This document shows, piece after piece, positions 38,166 through 49,604 of a stretch of DNA of 64,000 nt. The DNA is from Glaucostegus cemiculus. Taxonomy: Eukaryota. Each line of letters begins with the position of its first letter. The stretch's first letter is position 1. The translations under genes and the position numbers were made by a program. The stretch spans positions 3,968,001 to 4,032,000 of the forward strand of contig CDPCPM010000269.1 in assembly GCA_976551045.1 (NCBI GenBank). The letters run 5' to 3'. The notes beneath the pieces are model-generated. The model was not told where the DNA came from, made no database searches, and saw nothing but the letters and a program-made list of their open reading frames with translations.

Positions 38166-38348
38166 GTGTGGCTTTTCATCAAGATAATGTCACACTAACA
38201 CTCATATTATTGGTATTGGTTTATTATTGTCATTTCTACCAAGGTACAGTGAAAAACTTGTCTTGCATACCGATCGTGCTGGTCAATTCATTGCACGGTG
38301 CAGTTACATTGAGTTAGTATTATTAAAGCTGATGCAAGATTATCTTGT
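38166..38348 (-). repeat. Right copy of long-range inverted duplicate, interrupted by a Rex1 tail
   Basis: Core 38166-38195. Homology resumes after the insertion (taaagctgatgcaagattatcttgt versus the left copy's taaacctgatgcacgattattttgt). Confidence 0.85.
38208..38320 (-). mobile_element. Rex1/Babar 3' tail fragment with probable tattatt target duplication
   Basis: tattggtattggtttattattgtc..ggtacagtgaaaaact matches the Rex1 tails at 50737 and 45900-46000. Confidence 0.85.
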
Positions 38349-39739
38349 AGTATGGGTTAAACAGGTGTGTGTATATACAGGTGTGTGTACCATAACAAAA
38401 CTCCATTTGAAGCAAAACCACCATCACTTTTTTAAACAATGGGTCCCCAGGCCTAACATGCTGAGAACAATTTCTAAAGTTGCAGAAGTGTAAATTAGCG
38501 TTTTAACATTGTTGCTTCACTTTGCTTTCTTTCTCTAAATCAGATTCTCATTGTGCATCAAAAAATTCCCTGTAGCAGTGATGTTCGAGTAAGGATTACA
38601 AATGAATACTGAATCAATCTGAACAGGCTAGATCTGTTATTCACATTTTTGTGTTTCACTTGAGCTGGCTGTGCTGTTGAATGTGCTGCAAGATAGATTA
38701 TACTTTGTTCCAGGTATTGCCTGGTTTTGGAACAATTGTAAAACACAGACTTCCTCCTGATATCTGGCTGTAAAGCAGTTTAGACATTGCTGTCAGGAGA
38801 ATTCCACTGTCAAGGCCTGTCATTTGGCAAGGAATGGAAGAGTAAAAAGTTAAATCAGTGAAAGACTTTACTCTTAATAATCTTGGTTGTATGTTACCCG
38901 GAGTATTGGGATTTGCACCTCTTTAGTATAAGTGTACCACAAACAAAATAAATTTGTGGATTCATGCAGGCATTTGTCTCGAGAATAACTGCTCAAAATA
39001 ATGTGGCAGGGCTCACTTAATTGGGGGTCACATTGAGATAATTGATATAATCTGCTTTGGCTTGATCATGATACCACAGCATGAGGGTTCTGTTCCATCC
39101 CACACTCTGGCATCCCTCACTCCGATGGTCACACACTAATTCATAAGTACTAGATGGAGAAACACAGCAAACTGAACTACCCAAAATCCACATCATTAAG
39201 AACTTAATTTGTTCTTGAGTGACCTTCATTGATTTATGATTCAGAAGTCTGCAGGCTTCCACTTGCACCAGGAAATCAGAAACAAATTCATTAATCTTAA
39301 TCAACTGTGTGTCTTTAAAAGAAAAATATATGTGAGGGAATCTCCACACAGTTTAGCTGTGTGCTCTAAATGTCAGAAATGTTTACTGCTGTTTGCAAGT
39401 TTGAGGCTATCAGCAGGAAGTTAATGCAAGTTAAATAGGCCTGTGCTGATGTTGATAGATGTACATGGACTGTGCAGCCCTATCGTTCTTCAAGATCCAC
39501 TGTTGCTATGTTTAGATTTGTTTATTCTTACTTCCAGTATCCTCTGGTCTATGGTTTTGAGAGGACAGATTTATTAACACACATTGGTGATACTGGGAGA
39601 GAAAACTTTGTGTGCCTCAGATCACTCAGCTTATGCCTGATGACAAGTAACTAAGAATGAAAAAGTATAGAAAGCTGGCAGCAGTGCAATGCACCAGTGC
39701 ACCATCCATCTCTTCTCACTGAAGCATTCAGTTATAACT

Positions 39740-39880
39740 GAAAATGCAAACATGGAATGCTAGAAACAGACAGAAAGTCAGCCAGCATCTGATGGAGAAA
39801 GACTGGACTTAACTTGAAGCCTTAATCGTTTATTGGAATTCATCTTGCTATGGTTTCAGATTCCAGCAAATATCTGCACT
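39740..39880. mobile_element. Decayed Penelope-derived mini-element
   Basis: aatgctagaaac..gtcagccagcatctgatggagaaa..tttcagattccagca. Confidence 0.5.
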
Positions 39881-40211
39881 GGCACGTCCCAATGAAGATT
39901 CTTTAATCGGACTGGCAGGATATGCAATTACTTACCCTGTTCAACAGATGTCCTGTCACAGCATCTTTCCAGTAAAGAATGCTAAGTTATTGCTGACTAC
40001 ACACCATTTTGTAAGCTGCTTAAACATCACCAACAGTTGCACATAAGAAACAAAATGATTAAATTGTAAGTTTTGATATTGCAAATCACAGTCTGGATGC
40101 CAATTTCATTGTGTATTATTTCAGCATTGTTTGACATTCCAGTGTTACTTTCTACTCTATGGAGTGAAATGATCTTACTTTTAATTACAAACTATCATTA
40201 ATATTAATAAA

Positions 40212-40310
40212 AGATTTACATTTATATATCGCCCATCACCCAGAACATCCCAAAGTACACCACAGCCAATGAACTCTTTTCAAACATTTTATTTTTCTGT
40301 TGTAGAAATG
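40212..40310 (-). mobile_element. DeuSINE-like 3' end fragment
   Basis: catttatatatcgccc..aacatcccaaagtac..acagccaatgaa. Confidence 0.55.
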
Positions 40311-41984
40311 TGTTCAGAATGCAAAACTCCTAATCTGAAAAAAATATCACTCTGCTTGTTGTTCAGAAGAAACAATATCAGAGCTTTGCAGTAAGAAATT
40401 ATGATTGTGATAGATGTGTATATTTAGTTAATTATTGGTCAGCAATCGTTTCCATCCATGTTTAAGTGAGCTGTTAGAACAGAAGGGAAAGCGGGAGCGA
40501 TTAGCTCCACTCAGTCACTTGTCTAAATCATTCTCAAAAGAAGTGTGTTGTTAACTTGGCTGCATTTATTGTCCACCCCTTGCTGCTTCTGTGAATGCAG
40601 TGTTGAACCGGCTTAAATGTGTAATCTGTCTGGTGAAAGGGCACTGGCAACATTGGAAGAGAGCTCCACGATTTTGACCCAACACCGATGAAGAAGCAGA
40701 GATATACAGTATGTCAGTGTGAAGCATGGAGGTGATGATGTTGTAATCACCTGCTGCCCCTGCCCTCCTAGGTAATGGAAGCCAAATATTTTGACAGCTT
40801 CATTAGTTCATCAGTTGTCAATGAATTGCTCCACTGATGGAGGAACAGTCACTGGCAAAGTGATGTACAGCTGGCACCAAAGGTGCCTCTAATTAGCTGT
40901 AGATCATGTCTTATCAAGGGAATTAGCAGTCAATATAGGGAAATAACTTGAATGTTGTTGTAGAAAACAGGAACAAGAAACGCAAAGCTGAAATGAATGG
41001 CTTACTCTTTTATCCGAGATGTTCTCTAATGAGCAGGTCTCAGCGCATAGCCATCAACCAGGATTAAACATGTGATCTGACATTAATTCTGGAAAGGCGA
41101 AGGATAGCTTTGCTATCAGAGGTGGATATGTGTTGGCACAAATGATGTTTCTGCCTTCCACAGTCACCCCACCAGCACCTTCAAATGACACCTTGAGCAG
41201 TAATAAGCTCATGTTTCAGGAATCAATTATAGACCAATTACAGAAGGGACAAGATTAAGCAGCAGACAGAAGTTTCATTCTCCTTGTATCATCTGCCGTG
41301 CTGTAAAATCCCAGCTTCAGAAGAGAATTCTCAGCAGCACCAGCTGACATTTTTCATCTCACATCCAAAAGAGCTCGTGTGTAAGCTAAGGCTGTCAAAT
41401 CACAGAAATTTGCTGCAAACCCCTGTCCATTTGGGACGAGGCTGGGATTGTCAGAACTCATTTCATCGGTGACACGTAACAACCATCAGTGATCGCAGCC
41501 TCAATTACTTACCTCGAGTCTGTACCTCGCTGCCAGCATTGGAAACAACATTGTTTCAGGCAAGTGCTTGATCGACTGACCCATTAAGTTAATGGACAGC
41601 CATTAAAAATTAACTGTGACATTTGAAAGGGAGTAGTTTATACAAGAGCAAAGAAATTGCATTGCCACTTCAGAGATTGAACCAAAAACACAACAATATA
41701 ACCTTCTAAAATCCAAAGTCATATCAACAAACTGACAATGTATTTCATTTAGGTGCTTAACTCGAGAAAAGGTTCAATGATGTAAAATCTGGATAGCAAT
41801 TCACAAATCAACTTGTTTAAAAGAGGATATAGTGGATTGATTCCATGTACCAGAAAACTGAACAATGGAATAGTACTTTATCTGTGAAGTTGCAAACATT
41901 GTCAAATCAAATTTTCTGTAGTTGTAATGTATTGTTGGAAAGTGCAAATGTTATAAAGAAAGTAAAATTCTTTGGATTCTAGAA

Positions 41985-42805
41985 GAAGATGATCTTAGCA
42001 AAATGTAAAAGATCCTTTAAAAGAGCATGACAGGGTAGATATTGGGATATTTCTACTAGAATGAGGGGACATAGTTCCAAGGTTAGGGGATAGTCAGTCA
42101 AAACAGTGGTGAAAAGAAACAACTTCTTGCAGAGGGGAGTGAATCTTTGGAACTCTCTGCACCTGAAGGGTGTGGAGGTTAAACCATTGGGGGTATTTAA
42201 AGAGGAAATAGATAAATTATTGGTAATTGGTTTATTATTTTCGCATGTACCGAGGTACAGTGAAAAACTTGGTTTTGAATGCCATCCATACAGATCATTT
42301 CATTTCATCAGTACATCAAGGTAATACAAGGGAAAAGCAGCAACAGAATGCAGAATATAATGTTACGGTTACAGAGAAAGTGCAGTGCAGGCCGACCGTA
42401 AGATGCTAAGGCCATGACGAGGTAGATTGTGAGGTTAAAACTCCATTTTATCATACAAGAGGTCTGTTCAATAGTCTAATAACAGCGGGATAGAAACTGT
42501 CCTTGAACCTGGCTGCATGTGCTTTCGTATCTTCTACCCGATGGGAGGGGGGAGGAGAAGAGAAAATGTCCAGGGCGTGAGGTGTCTTTGATCATGTTGA
42601 CTGCTTTTCCAAGGCATTGAGAAGTGTAGACAGAATAATGGGGGGAGGCTGGTTTCATGATGTGTTGAACTGTGTCCACAACCTTCTGCAGTCTCTTGAA
42701 AGATCTGGGAGGGGAGAGCAATGAGAAACTGACGCAGAACAGAAAATGAAGCCTGAGGTAGGCTCGAGGGGCTGAATGACCTACTCCTTTCCCTAGTTTG
42801 TTAAG
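41985..42805 (+). mobile_element. CR1 3' fragment split by Rex1 (42218-42695)
   Basis: FLQRGVNLWNSL..FKEEIDK; gataaatt|cttgaaagat rejoins across the insertion; tail ggctcgaggggctgaatgacctactcc. Confidence 0.85.
42218..42695 (-). mobile_element. Rex1/Babar LINE 3' fragment
   Basis: Minus ORF RLQKVVDTVQHI..CLGKAVNMIKDTSRPGHFLFS.PLPSGRRY is the Rex1 C-terminal domain, followed by the 3' UTR. Confidence 0.9.
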
Positions 42806-42847
42806 CTTTTCTGAATCCATTTGGAGTTGGAACTTTGCCTCTGAGGA

Positions 42848-43138
42848 TCTTAAGATTTCTTTATTAGTCACATGTACATTGAAACACACAGTGCGCAGTG
42901 TTTTGCGTAGAGTGTTCTGGAGGCAGCCCGCAAGTGTCACCACGCTTCTGGTGCCGACATCGCATGCCCACAACTTCCTAATCAGTACATTTTTGAAATG
43001 TGGGAGGAAACAGGAGCACCTGGAGGAAACTCATGCAGACACGGGGAGAACATACAAACTCCTTACAGACAGTGGCCGGAATTGAACCCAGGCCACTGGT
43101 GCTGTGAAGCGTTATGCTAACCGCTACACTATCGTGTC
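42848..43138 (-). mobile_element. Full-length V-SINE with Rex1-like tail
   Basis: Reverse complement of the family at 846 and 37007. Confidence 0.92.
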
Positions 43139-43387
43139 TGCCTGATTGTCTCATTTGACTTGCTCCTCTTGTACCAACGGAGTTGTATGTTGCTGTTAAC
43201 TCAGGCAGTGAGTAAAGAAGGTACTGATGATGCAGAATTCCCTCACTGAATTCAGAAAAATGTTTTTAGCCAGAAGGTAGCAAGGCCCATAAGAAGTGAC
43301 AGAGGAGCCCCATTTCTGGAGTTAGTTTCAGTGAATGAAGGCAGGAAGGTGGAAGGAATATCAGTGGAGAGCACTATTGTGGTAGTA

Positions 43388-44210
43388 CAGTGAAACTTCG
43401 ATAATCTGCTATCCAATGAATCAGAGACCTCTCTGGTTCGCAATCTGTGAAAGTCGAGTTTATTGTCATGTGCACAAGTACATGTATGCACAGGTGTAAC
43501 GAAATACTTGCAGCAGCATCACAGGCACATAGCATCATATAAACAGCATTCACAAGAAAAACAAATTCAACACAATTTTGACAACAATGAACACAATTCA
43601 AACAAAAAAAAACAAAGTCCATTTTTGTGCAAAGTGGTCATGGTGTTGATTATACTGTAGTGATTAGTGTTGTGCTGGTTGGTTCAAGAACAAAATGGTT
43701 GAAGGGAGGAAGCTGTTCTTGAACCTGCTGCTGTGGGACTTCAGGCTTCTGTACCTCCAGCCCGACGGTAGCCGCGAGAAGATGGTGTGGCCTGCATGGT
43801 AGGGATCTTTGTTGGACGTTGCCTTCTTGAGGCAGCGCCTCCTGCAGATACTACCAATGGTGGGGATCAGTTGATGTTTGCCGCACTCCCTTTTGACTCA
43901 CCAAAGCCCCTGTTCCCATGCCTCCTTTCCACTCATCTGGGCCCCTGTTCCCTTCTCTCTCACTGGGATCCCAGTTTCCACCCGAGCACTGGTTCCCACA
44001 CTCCATTTCCACTCACCAGGTCCTTGGTTCCTGAGCTCCCTTAAACTTTCATGGTTCACTGCAAAATTTATTATAATATTGTGCATTATCAAAAAAAATC
44101 TATTAAAGATGTCTTGGGGTATTGATATAAAAACATCTGATCGTCTGGAAAAATATGCTTGTCCGTCAGCATCAAAGTACCGCATGTGCCGAAATATCGG
44201 AGTTTTACTG
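43388..44210. mobile_element. Tigger/pogo-like MITE copy 2 with TA target duplication, containing a Rex1 insertion
   Basis: ta|cagtgaaacttcgataatc .. gaaatatcggagttttactg|ta; internal minisatellite at 43880-44050. Confidence 0.8.
43451..43866 (-). mobile_element. Rex1/Babar 3' fragment (different subfamily) nested in the MITE
   Basis: aagtcgagtttattgtcatgtgcac tail; aagctgttcttgaacctg..cttcaggcttctgtacctc is the antisense Rex1 C-terminus. Confidence 0.8.
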
Positions 44211-45062
44211 TAATCATTAACTCAGAATTTACACAATAATGGAAAAGGACAAAGGTTGTAAAATGACACCAAGCCAATTTTACTGCACAGAGATATGATT
44301 TGGCAGAAGTGGATTCGTAACAGCTGCTTGATGGTAAATCAGTCTCAGAGCAATGGGAGGCATTCAAGAAGATGATTCAATGGGTTTAGGATAAACATGT
44401 TCCTACAAAAGAAAGGTGTGGAACTGCCAAATCCAGAGCCCTATGGTTGCCAAGCTGCATTAGAGAGCAGAATCAGGCAAAGGCAGCAAGTTTTAGTGAG
44501 ACACTAAGGGTTTAGAGCAGCAGAAAGCCAAAGGGACTGTAAGAGTGAAATTAAAAAGGAAATCAGAAGACCACAGTGGGCATGAAAAAGTACTGGCAAG
44601 TAAAATTAAAGAAAATCCACAAAAAGAGAGAGGAACAAAGAGTAAAATCTATAAGGGAGCAAATAAACACCATTGGTAATGGAGAATGTGGGTAGGTTCT
44701 TAATAAACATTTTGTGGCTGTCTTCACCAAGATGGGGGTGATGCAGTTGGAAAGGATGAGTGTGAAACATTTGATATGATAAATATAATAAAAGAGGGAC
44801 ATATTAAGAGGTTTTGTGTCTTTGGGCAGGCCTGGATGAAATGTATCCAAGCAAAAGAAGCAAATGAGGATATAGCAGGGACTTTGGCCATCATTTTTCA
44901 AGTTTCCATGACCTCAGTATTGGTGCCAGATGATTGGAGGACAGCTAATGATATTTCATTGTTTAAAAGGGGAAAAAGGGATAAGTGAGAAATTACCAGG
45001 CACTTAGTTAATCAGGGACAGCCAGCATGGATTTATTCAAAGAAAGTTCTGCCTGACTCATG

Positions 45063-46000
45063 ATTCTGCTCTAACTCCATCTACAAGTTTGCAGATGATA
45101 CCACCATTGTAGGCCATATCTCAAACAGCGATGAGTTGGAGTACAGGAAGGAGATAGAGAGCTTAGTGGAGTGGTGTCACAACAACAACCTTGCCCTCAG
45201 TGTCAACAAAACAAAAGAGCTGGTCATTGACTTCAGGAAAGGGGGCGGTGTACATGCACCTGTCTACATCAATGATGCTGAGGTCGAGAGGGTTGAGAGC
45301 TTCAAGTTCCTGGGAGTGAATATCACCAACAGCCTGTCCTGGTCAAATCACATCGAAGCCACGGTCAAGGAAGCTCACCAGAGCCTCTACTTCCTCTGGA
45401 GGCTAAAGAAATTTGGCTTGTCCCCTTTGACTCTCACCAACTTTTACCGACGCACCATGGAAAACATCCTATCTGGATGTATCACAGCTTGGGAAGGCAA
45501 CTGCTCTGCCCAGGACTGCAAGAAACTGCAGAGAGTTGTGGACACAGCCCAGTGCATTACAAACACCAGCCTCCCCTCCTTGAACTCTATCTTTACCTCT
45601 TGCTGTCTTGGTGAAGCAGCCAGCATAATCAAAGACCCCATCCACCGGAGACATTCTCTCTTCTCTCCTCTTCGGGTAAAAGATACAGGAGCCTAAAGGC
45701 ACGTACCACCAGACTTAAGGACAGCTTCTACCCCACTGTGGTAAGACTATTGAATGGTTCCCTTAAACAATGAGATGGACTATGACTTCACGATCTACCT
45801 TGTTGTGACCTTGCACCTTATTGCACTGTACCTTCTCTGTAGCTGTGACACTTTACTCTGTACTGTTATTGTTTTTACCTGTACTACATCAATGCACTCC
45901 GTACTGACTCAATGTAACTGCACTGTGTAATGAATTGACCTGTATGATCGGTTTGTAAGACAAGCCTTTCACTGTACAAGTGGCAATAATATACCAATAC
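45063..46000 (+). mobile_element. 5'-truncated Rex1/Babar LINE (RT C-half, C-terminal domain and 3' UTR)
   Basis: YKFADDTTIVG, then ORF 45136-45696 YRKEIESLVEWCHNNNLALSVNKTKELVIDFRK..VESFKFLGV..LYFLWRLKKFGL; ends with an aataccaatacc tail. Confidence 0.95.
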
Positions 46001-46574
46001 CACATGTCAGGGCTGACCAACAGCAACTTTCAGCTAATGTACATGTATATCTATTTTCAAAGAATAATCTGTTGTTGTGGGATATTCCTGTACACTACCA
46101 ACTGTACAGCGGCTCTACTGATAGATTTTTGAATACTAAAGGAATCAAGAGAAAAGGGATTAATGCAGGAAAGTGAAATCAAAGTTAAAGATAACATATG
46201 AGCTTATTAAATAACTGAACACAAATGAGGGGCCAAATGACTTATTCCTGCTTTTTTCTCATTTCCTTATCTTCTCATGTCATCTGCTGCCTGAAATAAA
46301 GGGGAAAGAAGCTGGAGAATTGTTGATATCTGTCGATTCTTTTCCATGTGAATGTTTGCCTTCGGGAGAGGAAGAGAGAAAACAAGCCAAAACTGGCACA
46401 AAAGTTACAAACAGGAACATCAAGTGCAAAGATCCAAGCTCAAAAATGTATTTCCAGCCTTAATTTGATACTGTATCACTTGGAAATGCCTTGAAGCACT
46501 ATGCAATGAACATCAAACTTAATGTCCATCTGAAAACATTAGTGGATTTATATACGTGTGGTTTGGGGAAAAAA

Positions 46575-47548
46575 AATAATTTGTGCAGTACCTTTCATGA
46601 CCTCAGGATATCCAAGAGTAATTTGCAGCCAGGGTTTTGAAGAGAAGTTGATGCAGTAACGTCTGAACAGTGGCTACAAAGTAAGATCCCATAAACAGCA
46701 AAATGTCAATAGAAAGGTCATCTGTTGAAGGATAAATATTGGTTGGGATGTATGAAGTACTCCTCTGTTCTTCTTCAAAAGTACCAGTGGACTAGAGTAT
46801 ACAAGCAAGGATGTAATGCTGAGGCTTTATAAGGCTTTGGTCAGACAGCATTTGGAATATTTTTAGCAATTTTGGGCCCTGTATCTAGGGAAGGATGTGC
46901 TGGCCCTGGAGACAGTCCAGGGAGGTTCGTGAGAATGATCCCAGGAACAAAAGGTTTAACATATGAGGAGCATTTGATGCTTTTTAGCCTTTACTCAATG
47001 GAGTTTAGAAGGATGAGGGGGGACCTCACTGAAACCTACTGAATATCGAAAGGGCTGGATAGAATGGACATGGAGAGAATGTTTCAGTTAGTCTAGGATA
47101 CGAGGGCACAGCCTCAAAATAAAGGGATCTCCCTTTAAAACTGAGCTGAAGAGGAATTTCTTCAGCCAGAAGGTGGTGAATCTGTGCAATTAGTTGCCAC
47201 AGGGGGCTGTGAAGGTCACATCATTAAGGAAGAGATTGTTAGGTTCTTGATTGGTTCAGGTTTACAGGGAGAAGATGGAAGAATGGGATTAAAATAAAAT
47301 CAGCCACGATTGAATGGCAGAGCAGACTCGATGGGCCGAGTAGCCTAAATCTGCTCCTATATCTTATTGTTTTATATCTCACTAAGGGGACAGACTAATC
47401 TTCAGCTTCACATCACATCTAAAAGGTGGCGCCTCTGACAGACTGGTCATGCATCAGTTTTGATTTTATGCTCAGACGTTGGAAGACTATCTCAAAATCT
47501 GCCAAATGAGAGATTAGAGTGCTACCCAACTGAGCGACAGCTGACACT
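46575..47548 (-). mobile_element. DeuSINE-like element split by CR1 (46790-47371)
   Basis: cctttcatgacctcaggatatccaa..aagatcccataaacagca..gttgaaggataaatattgg, and after the CR1 ggcgcctctgacag..gagtgctacccaactgagcgacagctgaca. Confidence 0.7.
46790..47371 (+). mobile_element. CR1 3' fragment
   Basis: LEYTSKDVMLRLYKALVR..QFWAPYL-like coding, running to a ctgctcctatatcttat tail. Confidence 0.9.
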
Positions 47549-47962
47549 GTTCAGTGACACACTTTAGGAAAAGATAAGTGTTGAAACACACTTTGTTGTA
47601 TTTTGTCAATGGCAACATGATCAAGGGTCTAAATTGTCTTCTTAAATCAAGCAAACGCAGAGGAGAATCCTGCTGTGATCCCTGTTTTGTCAACAAGTGT
47701 GTCATCCATCCTGCTCTGCAGTCAGAAGCAGCAGCTTAATGAAGGCTCAGCTAACCTACATGTCTTTGGTGGGAGTTGCTATATTTTTGATTGAATGAGA
47801 AATTGGGCCCAGAGGAATAGAAACCTACTCTCCTCTTTGTTATTATATTATGCGGGTGGGCTGGACGATAATTCAGGTTGGAGATCTTGCATCAGAACTA
47901 GAAAAGCAAGAAAATATGTTGTAGAGAGTGTAGGTGGAGGAGGAACAAATAGAGCAAAGAAC

Positions 47963-49482
47963 TTGCATAGAACACGGAAAAGGAACAGACCATTTGCCCC
48001 ATTGTCTGCATGATTCCGATCCAAACTAATCCCATCTGTCTGCACATGGCCTGTATTCCTCTACTTCATGTCTGTTCATGTGGCTGTCTCAGTGCATCTT
48101 AAGCATTGTGGCACGGTAGCATAGCAGTTAGTGTAATGCTTTTACAGCGCCAGTGACCTGGATTCAATTCCCACTACTGCCTGTAAGGAGTCTGTACGTT
48201 CTCCCTGTGTCTGCGTGGGTTTCCTCTGGTTTCCTCCTACATTTCAAAGACGTACAGGTTAGGAGCCATGGGCGTGCTATGTTGGTGCTGGAAGAGTGAC
48301 AACACTTGCAGGCTGCCTCCAGCACATTCTCAGCAACACAAAAAGACACATTTCACTGTGTGTTTCGATGTACGTGTGACTAAAATAAATATCTATTGTA
48401 TCTGCTTCTACTACTCTCCTGGCAGTGCATTCCAAGCACCTACCTCAGTGTTTAAAAAAATCTTGCCTCAGAAATTACCTCTGAATTTTACCCGTCCCAC
48501 CTTAAACTGATGCATTCTAGTGTTTGTAATTTCCACCATGGGAAAAAGATTTTGGTGGTCTATCTTATCCAAGTCTCTCATAATTTTATATACTTCTATC
48601 AGGTCACCCCTTAGCATCTGATGCTCCAGAGAAAACAATTTTGAATCTCTCCTTATATCTAATACATTCCAATCCAGGCAACATCCTGTGAACCTCTTCT
48701 GCCCCCTCTCCAAAGCCTCCACATCCTTCCTGTAACGCTGTGATCAGAATACCCCAAATGTGGGCAAACCAATGCATTATATTGCTGCAGCATGATTTCT
48801 CAACTGAATGCTCAGTGCTCCAACTAAAGAAGGCAAACATGCTTATCTATTTGTGTTGCCACTTTCAGGGACCTGTAGGCTTGCACCTTAAGATCTCTGC
48901 TCCCAAGGATCCTACTGCTTACTGCAAACTTTCCTCTTGTATTTGACCTCCAAAAATGCAACACCTCATACTTGTCTGGATTGAACTCAATCTGCCATTT
49001 CTCCCCTCAATTTTCCAACTGATTGATATCCTGCTGTGTTCTCTGACAACTTTCCTCACCATCCACAAAACCACCAATTTGCATGTCATCTGCAAATTTA
49101 GTAATCCGACCACCTATATTTTCATCTTAGATCATTAATATAAATTATAAACAACAGAGGTCTCAGCACTGATCCTTGTGGAACACCACTGGTCTTGGAA
49201 CTCTCGTTAGATAAACAACCCTCTACCATTAGCCTCTGTCTTCTATGACCAAGCCAATTTTGGAGCTAACAAACCAATTCACCATGAATCCCATGAGACT
49301 TGATGTTCTGGACCAGCCTATAATGAGGGACTTGTCAAATGCTTTACTAAACTCCATGTAGACATCATCCACTGCCCTCTTCCAATCTCCTCCTCCTCAT
49401 CATCATCATCTTCAGAGTTGTGAGATGGGACCTCCCTCACACAAAGCCATCCTTACTATTTTAATAAGTCCATGCTTTTTCA
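47963..49482 (-). mobile_element. CR1 RT plus 3' end (~1.2 kb), interrupted by a SINE at 48109-48395
   Basis: Antisense GVPQGSVL (agcactgatccttgtggaacacc), KFADD (gtcatctgcaaattt), EALERGQKRFT and LRGDLIEVYKIM. Confidence 0.9.
48109..48395 (+). mobile_element. Full-length V-SINE with Rex1-like tail, nested in CR1
   Basis: ggcacggtagcatagcagttag..gatgtacgtgtgactaaaataaatatct. Confidence 0.9.
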
Positions 49483-49604
49483 AGGGATCATCTCTGATTA
49501 GGTGAGGCTTGTCTTGCCATGGTAATACACAGTTTACAAAGATGTCCAGTTAATAGATTAGTGAGGGCAATCAGAGTGAGACAAAACAAACAAGGGGACA
49601 TGTA

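Larger units (their letters stand above)
43195..45062 (+). mobile_element. Old CR1 ORF2 (endonuclease end to RT start), hosting nested insertions; a tail piece lies at ~46110-46275
   Basis: Remnants of F-S-Q-x-V-A-R-P, GSxH, DLAEVD..QLLDGKSVSEQWEAFK, VPDDWRTANDISLFKRG and QHGF. Confidence 0.8.

Noticed and set aside
39934-39985. Minus-strand micro-exon reading ILYWKDAVTGHLLNR (WD40-like) before gtaagt
   Set aside because: The acceptor is poor, the similarity is too short, and I found no neighbouring in-frame exons.
45136-45696. 186-aa ORF as a functional or domesticated protein
   Set aside because: It is the C-terminal half of a 5'-truncated Rex1 RT, frameshifted near its end.
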